From the NCBI GenBank assembly GCA_964016885.1, contig OZ024741.1, positions 94,364,001-94,428,000 of the forward strand: a stretch of 64,000 nt of DNA, read 5' to 3'. This document shows positions 13,306-26,002 of this stretch, one piece after another. The position numbers and the translations under genes were made by a program. The number at the start of each line of letters is the position of its first letter. Position 1 is the first letter of the stretch. The notes beneath the pieces are model-generated. The model had not been told where the DNA came from, did not search any database, and was given only the letters and a program-made list of their open reading frames with translations. The DNA comes from Eledone cirrhosa. Lineage: Eukaryota.

Positions 13306-14000
13306 ACCGTCCGACACCAGCATGATAACCGCCACCGCTGCGTTTACCAACATTAACCCACAGACCAATGACACGGAACACCTTTTCATAGACTTAACTG
13401 GATACCTCTCAAACGATGAACTGGAACTTCTATACCTCGGACCCAAGTATACATCGTCTCACAGTGGCTCAACGACAGACTAAGATTTGACATCGAGGTC
13501 AACTTCTGCTCCCCACTCTTATCAACTGAAATGGATAACCGCCATCAACAATACCACCGAAAATGACAACACCTACACAACCCGCTACAAATTCTCCACC
13601 TACCACCTCGACAATCTACTTCACCCCCAACTCACCAACCACGAACTCAACAAGAAACTTATTAGGTTTAAACACTCTATCTCAGACATCTTGCATAAAC
13701 ACACATGCACACACCATGCAACCTCACTAGATCACAACTCGCCACTCTGAAAAACCTGACAAAGGAAAATAATTCTGCTTCATCACCAGGGAGGCTTACA
13801 ACAACCTAGCATTGACGATAGCAACCTTACTTCATGGTCACAGGAATCACCCATGCGTGGATCAAGGAACATGTCATTGCTACATGGACCAACATCTGTA
13901 ACTGGCGGAAACTCCCGAAGAGACTGACAAACAACCTTCTAACGAGGAACAGTAGGCTACCCGCTTTCTATCACCTCATCAAAAACCCATAAACAAGGAC
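13306..14000 (+). mobile_element. Degraded PLE RT N-terminal fragment
   Basis: Translates to FIDLTGYLSNDELELLYLGPKY and LPAFYHLIK(N/T)HK-like text, resembling the PLE N-terminal NLS..LS..E..LL.KG..F and P.FY.L.K.HK motifs. Confidence 0.55.
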
Positions 14001-14084
14001 CCAACGAGTCGGAATAACTACTATAAAGTATTCTATCCGACGATCTAACGACTCTGCCAATTCGCCGCCATCTGCAGTGTAATA

Positions 14085-14301
14085 CTGGTTTCTTATATAG
14101 GCACATGACCAGCAATTTTGGGGGAGGGGAAAGTCGATTAAATCGACCCCAGTGCGTGACTGGTACTTTATTTTATCGACCTCGTAAGGATGAAAGGCAA
14201 AGTTAACCTCGGCGGGATTTGAACTCAGATCATAAAGGGCCTTAACTCTATGCTGCAAAGCATGGCGTCCGACCTTCTACCGATACTGCCAATTCACCGC
14301 C
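14085..14301 (-). mobile_element. tRNA-derived SINE (octopus-type)
   Basis: The minus strand begins GGCGGTGAATTGGCAGTATCGG (A box) and contains GAGTTCAAATCCCGCC (B box). Its body is shared with more than 10 copies in the window. Confidence 0.8.
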
Positions 14302-14510
14302 CTCTGCAGTATAATATTGTAGTTAAATGTAGATGGCCTGAATTTCAATGAGGTTTCACGAAATTTTATATTCTGTGACACAACGCTGACGCATATAACT
14401 AATCTAAAAAAATTAGCGCGACCTTCAGTAAATTTCCAACGTTGGCTGGACATTTTATTAAGTCGGCTAATTTGTGGAAACATAATGCACCCGGTAACAC
14501 ACAAAACACA

Positions 14511-14619
<109 letters not shown>

Positions 14620-14849
14620 GTTCAAGAGTAACCAATCATAAAGAGAGAGATGGAGATAGTAGAGGAGATATGAGAGGAGAGATTGGTGAGTTAGTTAGAA
14701 GCCGAAGCGTAAAGGCATGTGCTCAATGTGCAATATACAGTAGAAAGCAGCTAGGTGGCTGGGTTCATGCAGAAGTTAGGTGCGCAGAGCTGGAAATATT
14801 TTAATAATGTCTTCCTTGTGAAGTTTGTGGTCTTGTTTTTCTTAACTAA

Positions 14850-14976
<127 letters not shown>

Positions 14977-15325
14977 ATATATATCTTTACACACACACAT
15001 ACACATATATATATATATATATATATATTTTATTTAATGTAGAAATGCCTTCTACGGGACTAGAACTGTTTCATTCAAAGGAAATCATCAGGCTTTTTTG
15101 GCGATTTTCTTGGAATGAAACAGTTCTAGTCCTTTAGAAGCCATTTCTATATTTAAAATTTATACTCTACTATGTATTGAGCATCTTACTTACTGTGGTT
15201 ACCCTCGATTGAACCCTGGATGCGCACAAACATATATGTGTGTATATGTGTGTATGTATATATATATATTTCATTTCTGAATTTGTATAGCAAGATTCTT
15301 TATCTGAAAACGTGTGTTGAAACCG

Positions 15326-15846
15326 ATATTGTTATACTTTGGGAGGGTCATGTTGCCAATAAGAAACACACGCACCAGTTCCTTTCACTCCAATTTATTA
15401 TAAATTAAATTTATAAATTTCCGGTTGGTTGGTTGGTTTCACAACCGGACAGTTGTTCATATATTGTCAAAGTTCTTTCGTCACACATTCTGTGACCTCT
15501 TCAGTGACTGGGGATTCTTTTCTTTGTTTTGTGCCTCTCCTTTGTTCTGTCCTATGCCATCTTCCAAGATGGCGTAGGACAGAACAAAGGAGAGGCACAA
15601 AACAAAGAGACGAATCCCCAATCCCCAGTCACTGAAGAGGTCACAGAATGTGTAACGGAAGAACTTTGACAATATATGAACAATCGTCCGGTTGTGGAAC
15701 CAACCAACCAACCGGAAATTTATAAATTCTTAAATTTATAAATTTAATTTATAATAAATTGGAGTGAAAGCAACTGTTTAAAGCAACTGTGAAAGCAACT
15801 GTGAAAGCGTGTGTTTCTTATTGGCAACATGACCCTCCCAAAGTAT

Positions 15847-15854
<8 letters not shown>
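15326..15854. mobile_element. Fold-back palindromic element (arms about 240-290 bp, 2-nt loop) with an HHR motif on each strand
   Basis: The arms are reverse complements centred on GCCATCTT-CC-AAGATGGC (15564-15565). The right end abuts (TA)n. Confidence 0.85.
15466..15508 (-). ncRNA. Minimal type I hammerhead ribozyme
   Basis: GTCA-CTGAAGAG-GTCACA-GAATG-TGTGAC-GAAA-GAAC-TT-TGAC. The mirror copy at 15628-15670 (+) has GGAA instead of GAAA. Confidence 0.7.
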
Positions 15855-15882
<28 letters not shown>

Positions 15883-16132
15883 GTGTGTTAAGAATACGGT
15901 GGTGATAGAAAATTTTAAAATCGAATTAGAAGCCCACCGTATTTTAACTACAGAAAATAGTTTAATAACGTTGCATAAAGAGCACCACAACGGAAGAAAT
16001 TAACATAATCACGCATAGGATTCGAACACATAGCTCTTATTGACCGCAAAAGTGTGCTAGGCCGATTACAGCAAAAGACCCTTCCTATTAGAATGTTGTT
16101 ATGTACGTGTGTATGCATATATATATTATACT

Positions 16133-16322
16133 ATAATTGTTTCTACTTTTGGCACAAGGCCAGCAAATATCCAGTACATTACTGGTACTTTATTTTATCG
16201 ACCCCCGAAAGGATGAAAGGCAAAGTTAACCTCGGCGGAATTTGAGCTCAGTCCGTAAAGGGACGTAACTATGCTGGAAAGCATGGCGTCCGACTCTCTA
16301 CCGATACTGCCAATCCACCGCT
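16133..16322 (-). mobile_element. tRNA-derived SINE
   Basis: Same family as 14085-14301. Confidence 0.8.
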
Positions 16323-16433
16323 CTATATATATATCTATGCTTGTGTGTTTGTGTGTGTGTGTATGTGTGTATGTGTGTATGTGTGTGATTGTGTATATGT
16401 ATGTGCTTAGTTACACATACATACATACATACA

Positions 16434-16465
<32 letters not shown>

Positions 16466-16939
16466 CATATTGGCAACCCAATACTCTCGCAGGTTTTTCT
16501 CCATCCAAGAATTTTCTTTAAGGGATTAATGTGCTGTTACATAAAACTACATAAAAACTTTTGTGAGATATTTTGGTTTTTATAAGTATTAGGATCTTTA
16601 TATCTGTTAAACTTGAAAGATTAATTCTTTCATTGCTATTATTTCAAAGCCCCGTTTCATCTTCCTGGTGCATATTCGAATTGACATTAGTCTTGCTTCT
16701 TCTGTACCATTGCTAAAAGAAATAATCTTTTGTTTATTATTCTTAAAATAATCTTAAAAAGAGACATGAGACTCCTCTATTCATCTTTCAGTCAAACGAT
16801 TCGAAACCAGATTAAGATTTACTATTAAGATATTTTAAACCTCACATAATGGCATATACACACATACATATTTATATCTATATCTATATATATATATATA
16901 TAAAATATGTATGTACACACACACACACGCACGCACACT

Positions 16940-17039
<100 letters not shown>

Positions 17040-17363
17040 ATGCTGTAATACTATAATACGGTTATATACAATAAACATATGGGTAGCCTCGTTGCCGAAG
17101 AAAATATATTTTCGTAATTAAAGTAATTTATTTTTCTCTATTTTCATCTGTGAGTATATATCAGAGTTTCCCGTACGATTTGAGAATGCCATACAGCGCT
17201 GTATCAAGATTTGTTAATCTTTCATCAGTGACATTCACTCAAACCGTACTGGCATGAAATAGACTATGAAGAATGTTGCGTGATGATCATTTGCTGGGTA
17301 TGCTCGTTTGCATATAGCAAATAGCAAACACCGACAGGAAATTGTCATATACATATATATATT

Positions 17364-17567
<204 letters not shown>

Positions 17568-17677
17568 TATATATATATATATATAAATAAATATATATAT
17601 ATATATATATATATAAATATATATACACACACAGATAAATATATATATACATATGTGCGTGTTTATATATATATATA

Positions 17678-17747
<70 letters not shown>

Positions 17748-17765
17748 AGAGAGAGAGAAAGAGAG

Positions 17766-17857
<92 letters not shown>

Positions 17858-17915
17858 GATACGAGTAAATAATTTTCTTATCTAGTCCTGTAGAAATCAT
17901 TTCTATAATAAAATA

Positions 17916-18398
17916 GGGGAGGGTCATATTGTTGTAATAATATTGCCAGAAATAATAACAGAACACACTCACTGTTTGGTTGGTTTTCGCTTCTGTATCT
18001 TTTACATCTCCACAGTTAATTCATCCGGTCCTCCATGTTTACCATTGACTGACTAACGGTCAAAAATACAGATGTAATATAGATATAAACACACATATAT
18101 AGTCTAACAAAGTTCTTTCGTTTCACATATGCAACATCATCAGTGGTATTATTATGTTCCTCCCGTTGTATTGTATATCTACGCCATTTTTCTATAGTGT
18201 TTATATCTATATTATATGTATATTATATTTGTATTTTTGACCGTTGGTCAGTCAATGGTAAACATTGAGGACCGGATGAATTAACTATGTAGATGTAAAA
18301 GATACAGAAGCGAAAACCAACCAAACAGTGAGTGTGTTCTGTTATTATTTCTGGCAAGATTATTACAACAATATGACCCTCCCCAAGTATAACAATAT
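17916..18398. mobile_element. Inverted-repeat element (arms about 180 bp, spacer about 100 bp containing an HHR); shares its terminus with the 15326 element
   Basis: 17916-18092 is the reverse complement of 18197-18384. The terminus ATGACCCTCCC(C/A)AAGTATAACAATAT is shared. Confidence 0.8.
18105..18148 (-). ncRNA. Minimal type I hammerhead-like motif
   Basis: TACCA-CTGATGA-TGTTGCA-TATG-TGAAAC-GAAA-GAAC-TT-TGTTA. Stem III is the same as at 15466. Confidence 0.6.
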
Positions 18399-18431
18399 TG
18401 ATTTCATGATTTCATATCAAAAACCTCGCAA

Positions 18432-18479
<48 letters not shown>

Positions 18480-18482
<3 letters not shown>

Positions 18483-18887
18483 TCAGAGCCATCCTCAGCA
18501 TTCTCGTGTAGCACCCATCAACCATCTGAGTGAGTTTCTTGGTCAGTGTCCAAGTCTCAGACCCATACAGCAGCACAGACTCCACTACACTGAGGATGAA
18601 AAACTCAGAGCTGTATGGGAGCATCCCAAAAGTCAGCTCAAAAGTGACACAAAGGAGACTGAGGTTGGCTGGACATGCTCACCGACATCCAGAGTTGACA
18701 TTGCACTCAGTGCTCCTTTGGGAGCCCCTACATGGACACACCAGAAGAGGAAGACCAAGGTTAACATATGTTGATGCCGTAAGGACAGACACTGGTCTGT
18801 TGGAGATGCAGGATATGGCAGCGATAATGAGGGACAGAGACCGCTGGAGAGAACTCGTCCATGGATCTCGGGAATTTTACCCGCCTT

Positions 18888-18890
<3 letters not shown>
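18480..18890 (+). mobile_element. RTE-type LINE 3' fragment with a 5' inversion, in (TA)n
   Basis: Minus 18480-18600 reads VESVLLYGSETWTLTKK..DGCYTRMLRMAL. Plus 18600-18889 reads NSELYG...RRLRLAGH...LLWEP..G.TRRGRP. Confidence 0.85.
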
Positions 18891-18960
<70 letters not shown>

Positions 18961-19166
18961 TGTTCTTCTCGCTCCACATAACGACGTAATTATCCTCACT
19001 TGTTTTGCCGTTCATTGCCAGAGAACGTCTTCACGAACCAAAGTATCGTCTTTCTGTTTTCCTTCCGTTGTAACTGTTTTCGAAATATTTACTTCTGCGT
19101 CCACAGATTGATTTTTTTAGTTTCAGAAGATCCTGTTATGTGGGAAAGCAGCGATTCTTTGCTTAA

Positions 19167-19407
19167 CCCTTTAGCATTTACATTAATCTATAGTTACTAT
19201 ATTTATCTCTCATAATATCGAATAGTATTTATCTCTCATAATATCGAATAGTATTTATCTCTCATAATATCGAATTTACGAAATTTTGATGCTATTTATT
19301 TGTGGAAAAATACCTTAACATTGGTATGAGAAGCTGATTACAGCCGGTTTGAAAAGAAAGGGGTGAGAGAATTGTGGCTAGATACGAACGGTTTAAATGC
19401 TTAAGGG
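19167..19407. mobile_element. piggyBac-type MITE with TTAA target-site duplication
   Basis: TTAA-CCCTTTAGCATTTA...TAAATGCTTAAGGG-TTAA. It splits a repeat whose other copies (28840, 30805) have a single TTAA. It contains about three copies of a 26-bp tandem unit. Confidence 0.85.
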
Positions 19408-19672
19408 TTAAACTTGAATCTGTTCTTATAATAAATATGTGCTCTACGGGTTTATATATATATATATATTTATCAAATTATCCTGAGTCAGGTTTCTCGT
19501 TGCTTTGGTCCCTGCGGCTGGCTTACTGGTCGCAATCTTCAATTTGCAAAGCTGTCTAAACGTAATGATATTACTCTAAGGTTAAATACCTTATTGAGTG
19601 CTTAGCTGTACATTCCGATTGCATTCGTTAGCTTAGCTGCGGCCAGATCTTCGATTATGCTGAACTTCCATT

Positions 19673-19720
<48 letters not shown>

Positions 19721-19797
19721 CCTTATCTTCACATTTATTATTACTATATATATATATATACAGAGAGAGATAGCGAGAGATTTCAATGTCATTAGTC

Positions 19798-19865
<68 letters not shown>

Positions 19866-20269
19866 GAAGACATTGAAATCTAACGATGAAACCTCAAATT
19901 TCATATCCCTGTCATAAAGCCAACACAAGTGGCGTTATTTACCTGCAACACTTCTCTTTTATATGAAACTTAATTATGATGTATATCCCCTAAAAGTGAT
20001 ATCAATACTATATATGTGTGCGTCAGTGTGTATGTTTACGTATTGTGTGTGTGTGTGTTGATGTGTGTGTGTGTGTGTGTGTGTTGATGTGTGTGTGTGT
20101 GCGTGTGTGTGTTTTATTTCGACTGTGATCGACGTTTAACTTGTTTTCACATTCCCTATGCAGCTCGTTAAATATTAATATTAATTAAAATTGCAACAAT
20201 CATCAGACGAACAAAGGCTACCGCCCAAAGTAAAAATTGTAGAATGTTGACTTTGAGTCATTTTAATTG

Positions 20270-20390
20270 CCGACAGTACTATTGTTCTCATCTATGGTCG
20301 CCCAACAGTGTTATACTAACTGCAGAACTTGAAGCTATCAAACGAAACTACACAAAGAAGATTGCCTTAATGAGTAAGAACCAGATACTG
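20270..20390 (+). mobile_element. CR1/L2-like LINE RT C-terminal relic
   Basis: YYCSHLWSP...ELEAIKRNYTKKI resembles the LEYCS.LWSP...LE.IQR.FTK.I motif. Confidence 0.4.
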
Positions 20391-20449
20391 CAGTAGCCTG
20401 GGGTACAAAAGCTACCAGCTCTTAAATACACTGCCAAAATATGTGAGAG

Positions 20450-21480
20450 CTATATGGTGTGGACGTTGATGATTTCAAGAAGCATCCTAACATACTGCTA
20501 AGGTCCTTGTTGAACCCACAGCATGTGGCTCGTACAAGCATGTCCGGAAGCAATTTCATGCATTTTTTTGAATAGACAAATCTCCCTTCAAAGGCAATAT
20601 ATAAAGCTGGGTGAACCTCAATATGATGTCTGAGGACCGTCCTACTCATTCTGGATGACCGAGGAATTGTACACATGGTCTAAGAGTCTATTGAGCAACG
20701 CCTAAAACGATCCACAGAAATTTGCAGGAGGGCTGCCAAAGAAGATCTCAAGAAGTACCCCTATAGAATAGAGACTAAACAAAAGATTACTGTTGCTGAT
20801 AAAACTAAGAGAAAGGCTATGGCTGAGAAAATGCTGGATAAGATGGAAAACAACCCACATTTTTTGAATCTGTTGTAGACTTCTGATGAAGCTCACTTTC
20901 ACTTAGGGGGAAGGTAAAACTAAGTCCAATATGTTCTGGGGGATAAATAGACCCACTGAAGTGACTGCGAAACATCTCCACTGCATATACCGTCTGGACT
21001 GTCATTTATGAGAGGTTTGATGGGCCCATTCTTCTTCAAAGAAAGCGGTATCAAGGCGACAGTAAAAAAAGTATTGTTATGTAGAGGTTCTGGAAGACTT
21101 AGAAAAGAGCTACAGACCATGTACCCATTTCTAATGAAAAGGTTTCGGTTCTTGGAAGACGAAGCAAGCCCTCAACCTCCACATAGTCGCGAGAAAGACT
21201 GAAAAATAACTTTGGAAATGTTGTGGTCCATTTGAATACTGATTTTGAATGGGCCCCACACATCCCTGATTTAATCCCTCCAGATTTCTTTATTTGAACC
21301 TATCTGAAGGACAAGGTGTATGTCCACAGACTCAAGACCACCAGTGAACTAAAGGAAAACATCAGGGAAGAGATCAAATCCTTTCCTAGGTTTGTTTGTA
21401 AAGACGTTATGTTAAACTTCACCGTGTGCTTCAAAAAATGCATGGATTCAAATTGATACATGTACTGTAATTCTATGCCA
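20450..21480 (+). mobile_element. Decayed Tc1/mariner transposase (DD40-41D, rosa/Visitor-like spacing)
   Basis: SDEAHFHL.G, GPFFF, FLEDEA (for FQQDGA) and WAPHIPDLIPPDFF..YLKDKVY; many stops and frameshifts. Confidence 0.75.
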
Positions 21481-22314
21481 AAGCTTCAGAAAGTGTGAAT
21501 CTTTTTATATATTTTTTTTAAGTGTTTGAACTAAACATATTCTGAGTTTCAGTAGTTTTTGTCAAAAAATAAATAATGTATACAAAAATAAAATGTGGCC
21601 AGTTTTGAGAGAGTACTGAGAGAGTATTGTGTTGCATTGGACTATGTAATGAATTAATGGTAATGAAACAAGTGGTAAATAGGACAAAACACGAACAGTA
21701 CAGAAAAGGCTAGGAAACGACAAATACCACAATGACAACGAAACATTTCGATCTTCAGCTGACAGCACCATACCAGCGAGTTTTCGGTGTGTAAAGAGTC
21801 GGGAACCGTAGCTTAGAGTCCTACCACGACAATACCCCCAAATTAGGAATACGTCGTTCGGAAAAGATGAAACGATGCGTAAATCTGTACGGCCGACAAG
21901 TAGGTTTAGCGAACAATAAAATTTTAGAAAAATTAACTGACATAAAGTCATGTAGAGACAGGTACCTCTGTCAGCCTCGACGTGGTCTACTATCTTTCCA
22001 CTAGCGTTATATTCTCCATGTTGTCTGTATTTGTCTAACGACTGACTATTTGATCTTGGTTTTACAGCCTTTTTTTTCCATTTTCCTCATGTTTCATTAC
22101 ATGATTTGATTTGTTAGACACACGTACGTACATACATACATATCTACATACATACACACATACATACACATACGCAAACATATATATATGTGTGTGTGTG
22201 TGTGTATGTGTGTGTGTGCATATATATGTGTATGTGTGTGTGTGTGTGTGCGTGTATCATTTATGTAATAGTTTTGCATGATACTTGATGAGCACCCGTG
22301 TGCTTAAACTGATA

Positions 22315-22480
22315 GTGTTATAATTTGAGAGGGTCATGCGGCCAATAAAACCACAAGCATCAGTTGCGCTTCACTTCGGTTTTATTATTCGCCAGGAAGC
22401 TAATCTATTCCTCGGTTGGTTTAGTAACTGGATAGTGATTTAATAGTCTTTAGTCACACATTCTGTTACCTTCTCAATGA
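22315..22480. repeat. Degenerate single arm of the 15326 fold-back family
   Basis: GTTATA.TTTG.GAGGGTCATG..GCCAATAA...GTCACACATTCTGT.ACC. Confidence 0.55.
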
Positions 22481-22605
22481 GTATTTACCCTCGGTGTCTC
22501 CGCATCGTTTTGATTTTGTTCTAGCAATTCCATATTAAGTTTCTGTGGGTGCGTGTAGTATGTGCGCGCGAATATTTTGTATATATTCATATGTGTATGT
22601 ATGAA

Positions 22606-22663
<58 letters not shown>

Positions 22664-22838
22664 GAAAAGAAATCTAAAATACAACTGGAGTCTTTTTAGG
22701 AATATTTAATATTTATTTATTTCTTTTACCGGTTTCACAGTTTTTATACTTTTCAAAAGTAGAATTAAGACGGAGGGTTTGTGGTACTCATGTGTATTCG
22801 TACGGTTGTTTTTCCTTTTCCGTACAACTTCATTCAGA

Positions 22839-22879
22839 CCAAGCTGAAGATCCGAATAAGGTGAAACATTTGTTCTCGG
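22839..22879 (+). ncRNA. Minimal type I hammerhead (same family as 28514)
   Basis: CCAAG-CTGAAGA-TCC-GAATAA-GGT-GAAA-CATTTG-TT-CTCGG, followed by the family tail and (TA)n. Confidence 0.65.
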
Positions 22880-22904
22880 TATGGTGAACTAAATGTTGTG
22901 GAAC

Positions 22905-23005
<101 letters not shown>

Positions 23006-23087
23006 CGGTAAACAGAAATAACAACACAATCGGTGCAATATATGGAAGGAATATATTAGGTTAACGCTTGAAATACCAGGAAGAGGG

Positions 23088-23125
23088 TCTTAACGTTTCG
23101 GACCCGCTAGTCCTTCATCAGAAGA
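23088..23125 (-). ncRNA. Minimal type I hammerhead in a pLTR-like fragment (23001-23185)
   Basis: TCTT-CTGATGA-AGGAC-TAGCGG-GTCC-GAAA-CG-TT-AAGA, with palindromic stem III ACGT. A related copy is at 48862-48897 (+). Confidence 0.8.
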
Positions 23126-23184
23126 AAGAATTAGAAATAAGATAGATTGAGGGGACGGGCGGGTTGGAATTGGAATCAGATGTC

Positions 23185-23256
<72 letters not shown>

Positions 23257-23361
23257 TATATATATATATTATATGTATATATATATATATATATATTATA
23301 TGTATATATATATATATATATGTGTGTATATATATATGTATATATATATATATAAATATAT

Positions 23362-23782
23362 ATTAGGTTATGCAAGAAATGCTTAGGATTATCCTGAATG
23401 CAGTAATGGTTAATTAATACACTAGATAGAGTTGATGTACGGCGAGGGGTTACTCAACGAGTTCTGGAAGAATAGTTGAAGAAGCTCAGTTCCTGATCCT
23501 TCTATATTCCGGAGTGTAGATAAAGAATGAATAATAACAGGTAGACATCATAAAAAGGTAATTTATTCCGAGTGCTTACAAATGTTTCAACAGTAGTTAT
23601 ACAGCCTAGTCATGCTATGTGCAAATTGGTAATTATTTGTAATTATTTGCAGAAACTCAATTTTCAAATGCTGCTTCTACCGTTTCCTCAGAGCAGAATT
23701 GTTAAAATGTATATACCCTTGTATTTCTTAAAGGATGTTATTGGGGAAGATAGAGTAGAAAAGGAAGAGAGAAAGAAGGGGA

Positions 23783-23856
<74 letters not shown>

Positions 23857-24455
23857 CAGAGAGAGATGTGTGGGGTGGAGAAATGGGAGAGAGTGGTTTG
23901 AAGAATACAGATAGCTTAATCAAAATGTTGTGGTAGGAGATTTTATTATATTGTTTATTCTCAGAGTGACAACCTTAGGCTTTGTGTTGATATAGTCCAG
24001 TTTGGAATTATGTATTGCCACAGAAAGCAGGTTCATAGATGTGGAGAGGGGCGAGGTAGACCGAGGGCGAGAGAGAGAGTGTGAGAGAGAGAGAGAGGGT
24101 GGGGGAAGAGAAAGAAAAAGAGATAGAGAGGAGGCAGACGAAAGCTACGATATGGGAGTAAATCAAGTTCATAATTGTAGCCTACAAATCGCACTCAAGT
24201 ATCCAGGGTATTTATTGTCTTGTAGTATGGGGGTAGGGGATATAGTAAGGAAGTAGTAATTAGTTAGCGAGAAAGCGATGTTGTAGTCTCGGGTTCGAAT
24301 GTTAAGTTATTTTATAGAGTTTCGGCAAATAATTACAAATAATTACCAATTTGCACATAGCATGACTAGGCTGTATAACTACTGTTGAAACATTTGTAAG
24401 CACTCGGAATAAATTACCTTTTTACGATGTCTACCTGTTATTATTCATACTTTAT
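23362..24455 (-). mobile_element. Second copy of the 968-3034 PLE (3' UTR and pLTR only) with an inverted pLTR piece at 24325-24455
   Basis: Homologous to 2161-3034 in reverse. The inverted segment ends at the same point as in copy 1. (TA)n flanks it. Confidence 0.85.
23573..23695 (-). ncRNA. Type I hammerhead with intact core and an insert of about 80 nt in stem II
   Basis: TGCT-CTGAGGA-AACGGTAG...CTACTGTT-GAAA-CATTTG-TA-AGCA. Confidence 0.75.
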
Positions 24456-24534
24456 ATAAATATATATGTATATATATATATATATATTTATGTATATATA
24501 TGTATGACTGTATAAACACACACACACACATGTA

Positions 24535-24668
<134 letters not shown>

Positions 24669-24694
24669 GTGAGTGAGTGAGTGAGTGAGAGAGA

Positions 24695-24759
<65 letters not shown>

Positions 24760-25029
24760 AGCGGGAGTGTGTGTATATGTGTTAGAGAAGCCGGAAAAAG
24801 ATTAAAGCAAAGGGACATGCAGAGTAGACAATGTAGATAAAATGTGTGGTTAGGATAAAAAAATGTATGTACTCATAAGTTAAGATATATTGATAGAAAC
24901 ACGACAGGAAGAGCAAAAGGAATACATGAGCAAATACAAGATAAAAGTAACATTTTTGTGTTAAAATTATGACCACTGACTACACCAAGTTGTCGGTCAT
25001 ACCTTCATACATATACACCTCATACATAT

Positions 25030-25083
<54 letters not shown>

Positions 25084-25510
25084 ATATTAATATATATTAT
25101 TAATATATATTATTAATTCTCCATTGAGCCACATCGTGAAAAGTTGCCAAAACACATATATACCTGTGACTTTGTTTAATTGGTGTATGTGTAAATATTT
25201 ATATTTAATAATCTCCCATAAGGTTGAGATAAAATTTGGGCGATATTGGGTTGCGCTTTCTACCAACCAACCCACTCGCCGTAAGCAACCAATCACACCC
25301 TTCCTGACTTGACCACTGCCACGTCACAGTTTTCAACCATTTTGAATTCGTGTTTGGCGGGGGCCACTTCGGAAAATAATATGTCCTAGCGAGTTTGTCC
25401 CCTGAAGATCTCTAAAACTCGAGTATTATCCTTAATAAGGTATCTCAAAAGTGGGTCGGGATTTAGTGATTTAATCCTGGTATGTGTATAAGCATTTCTA
25501 ACATTAATTT

Positions 25511-25606
25511 TTACCTAATTATGTATGGTTGACCGTATATTTAATTAATTTCCACGTGCTGTTGGAAATTAATTAAATATACGGTCAACCATACATAATT
25601 AGGTAA
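25511..25606. repeat. Perfect 44-bp inverted repeat with an 8-nt loop
   Basis: TTACCTAATT...AATTTCCA-cgtgctgt-TGGAAATT...AATTAGGTAA. Confidence 0.9.
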
Positions 25607-25791
25607 TATAATTCTATAGCGGTTGTACGCGAAGACGCCGCAATGGCGTATTTATTTACTGTTTCTTCATAGATGCCTTTTATTCTTATAGCCTGGTCTA
25701 ATTGATTTTTGTGTCGTTAATTATGCTGATTGGGAGTAGAGATGATGTATATATATTATCAAATAATTCTCTGGACATGCTTTACTCTATA

Positions 25792-25860
<69 letters not shown>

Positions 25861-26002
25861 CAAAGAGATATTTAATTTGTTGGTTATTCAACAAATTTAT
25901 TTATAACAGATTCGAAGCACTCTACAAGTTTTCTGGAGTATAATATCAATGATATTAATAAATGGAAACTATATTTATAAAACCGGGTGCATGTGTATGT
26001 AT

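Noticed and set aside
14200-14301. tRNA gene
   Set aside because: The A and B boxes belong to a multi-copy SINE head, and no convincing cloverleaf was found.
19199-19275. Three 26-bp repeats as a CRISPR-like array
   Set aside because: They are head-to-tail with no spacers, inside a MITE, in eukaryotic DNA.
20880-20900. CTGATGA as a hammerhead core
   Set aside because: It is the SDEA codon run of the mariner transposase and has no matching stems or GAAA.
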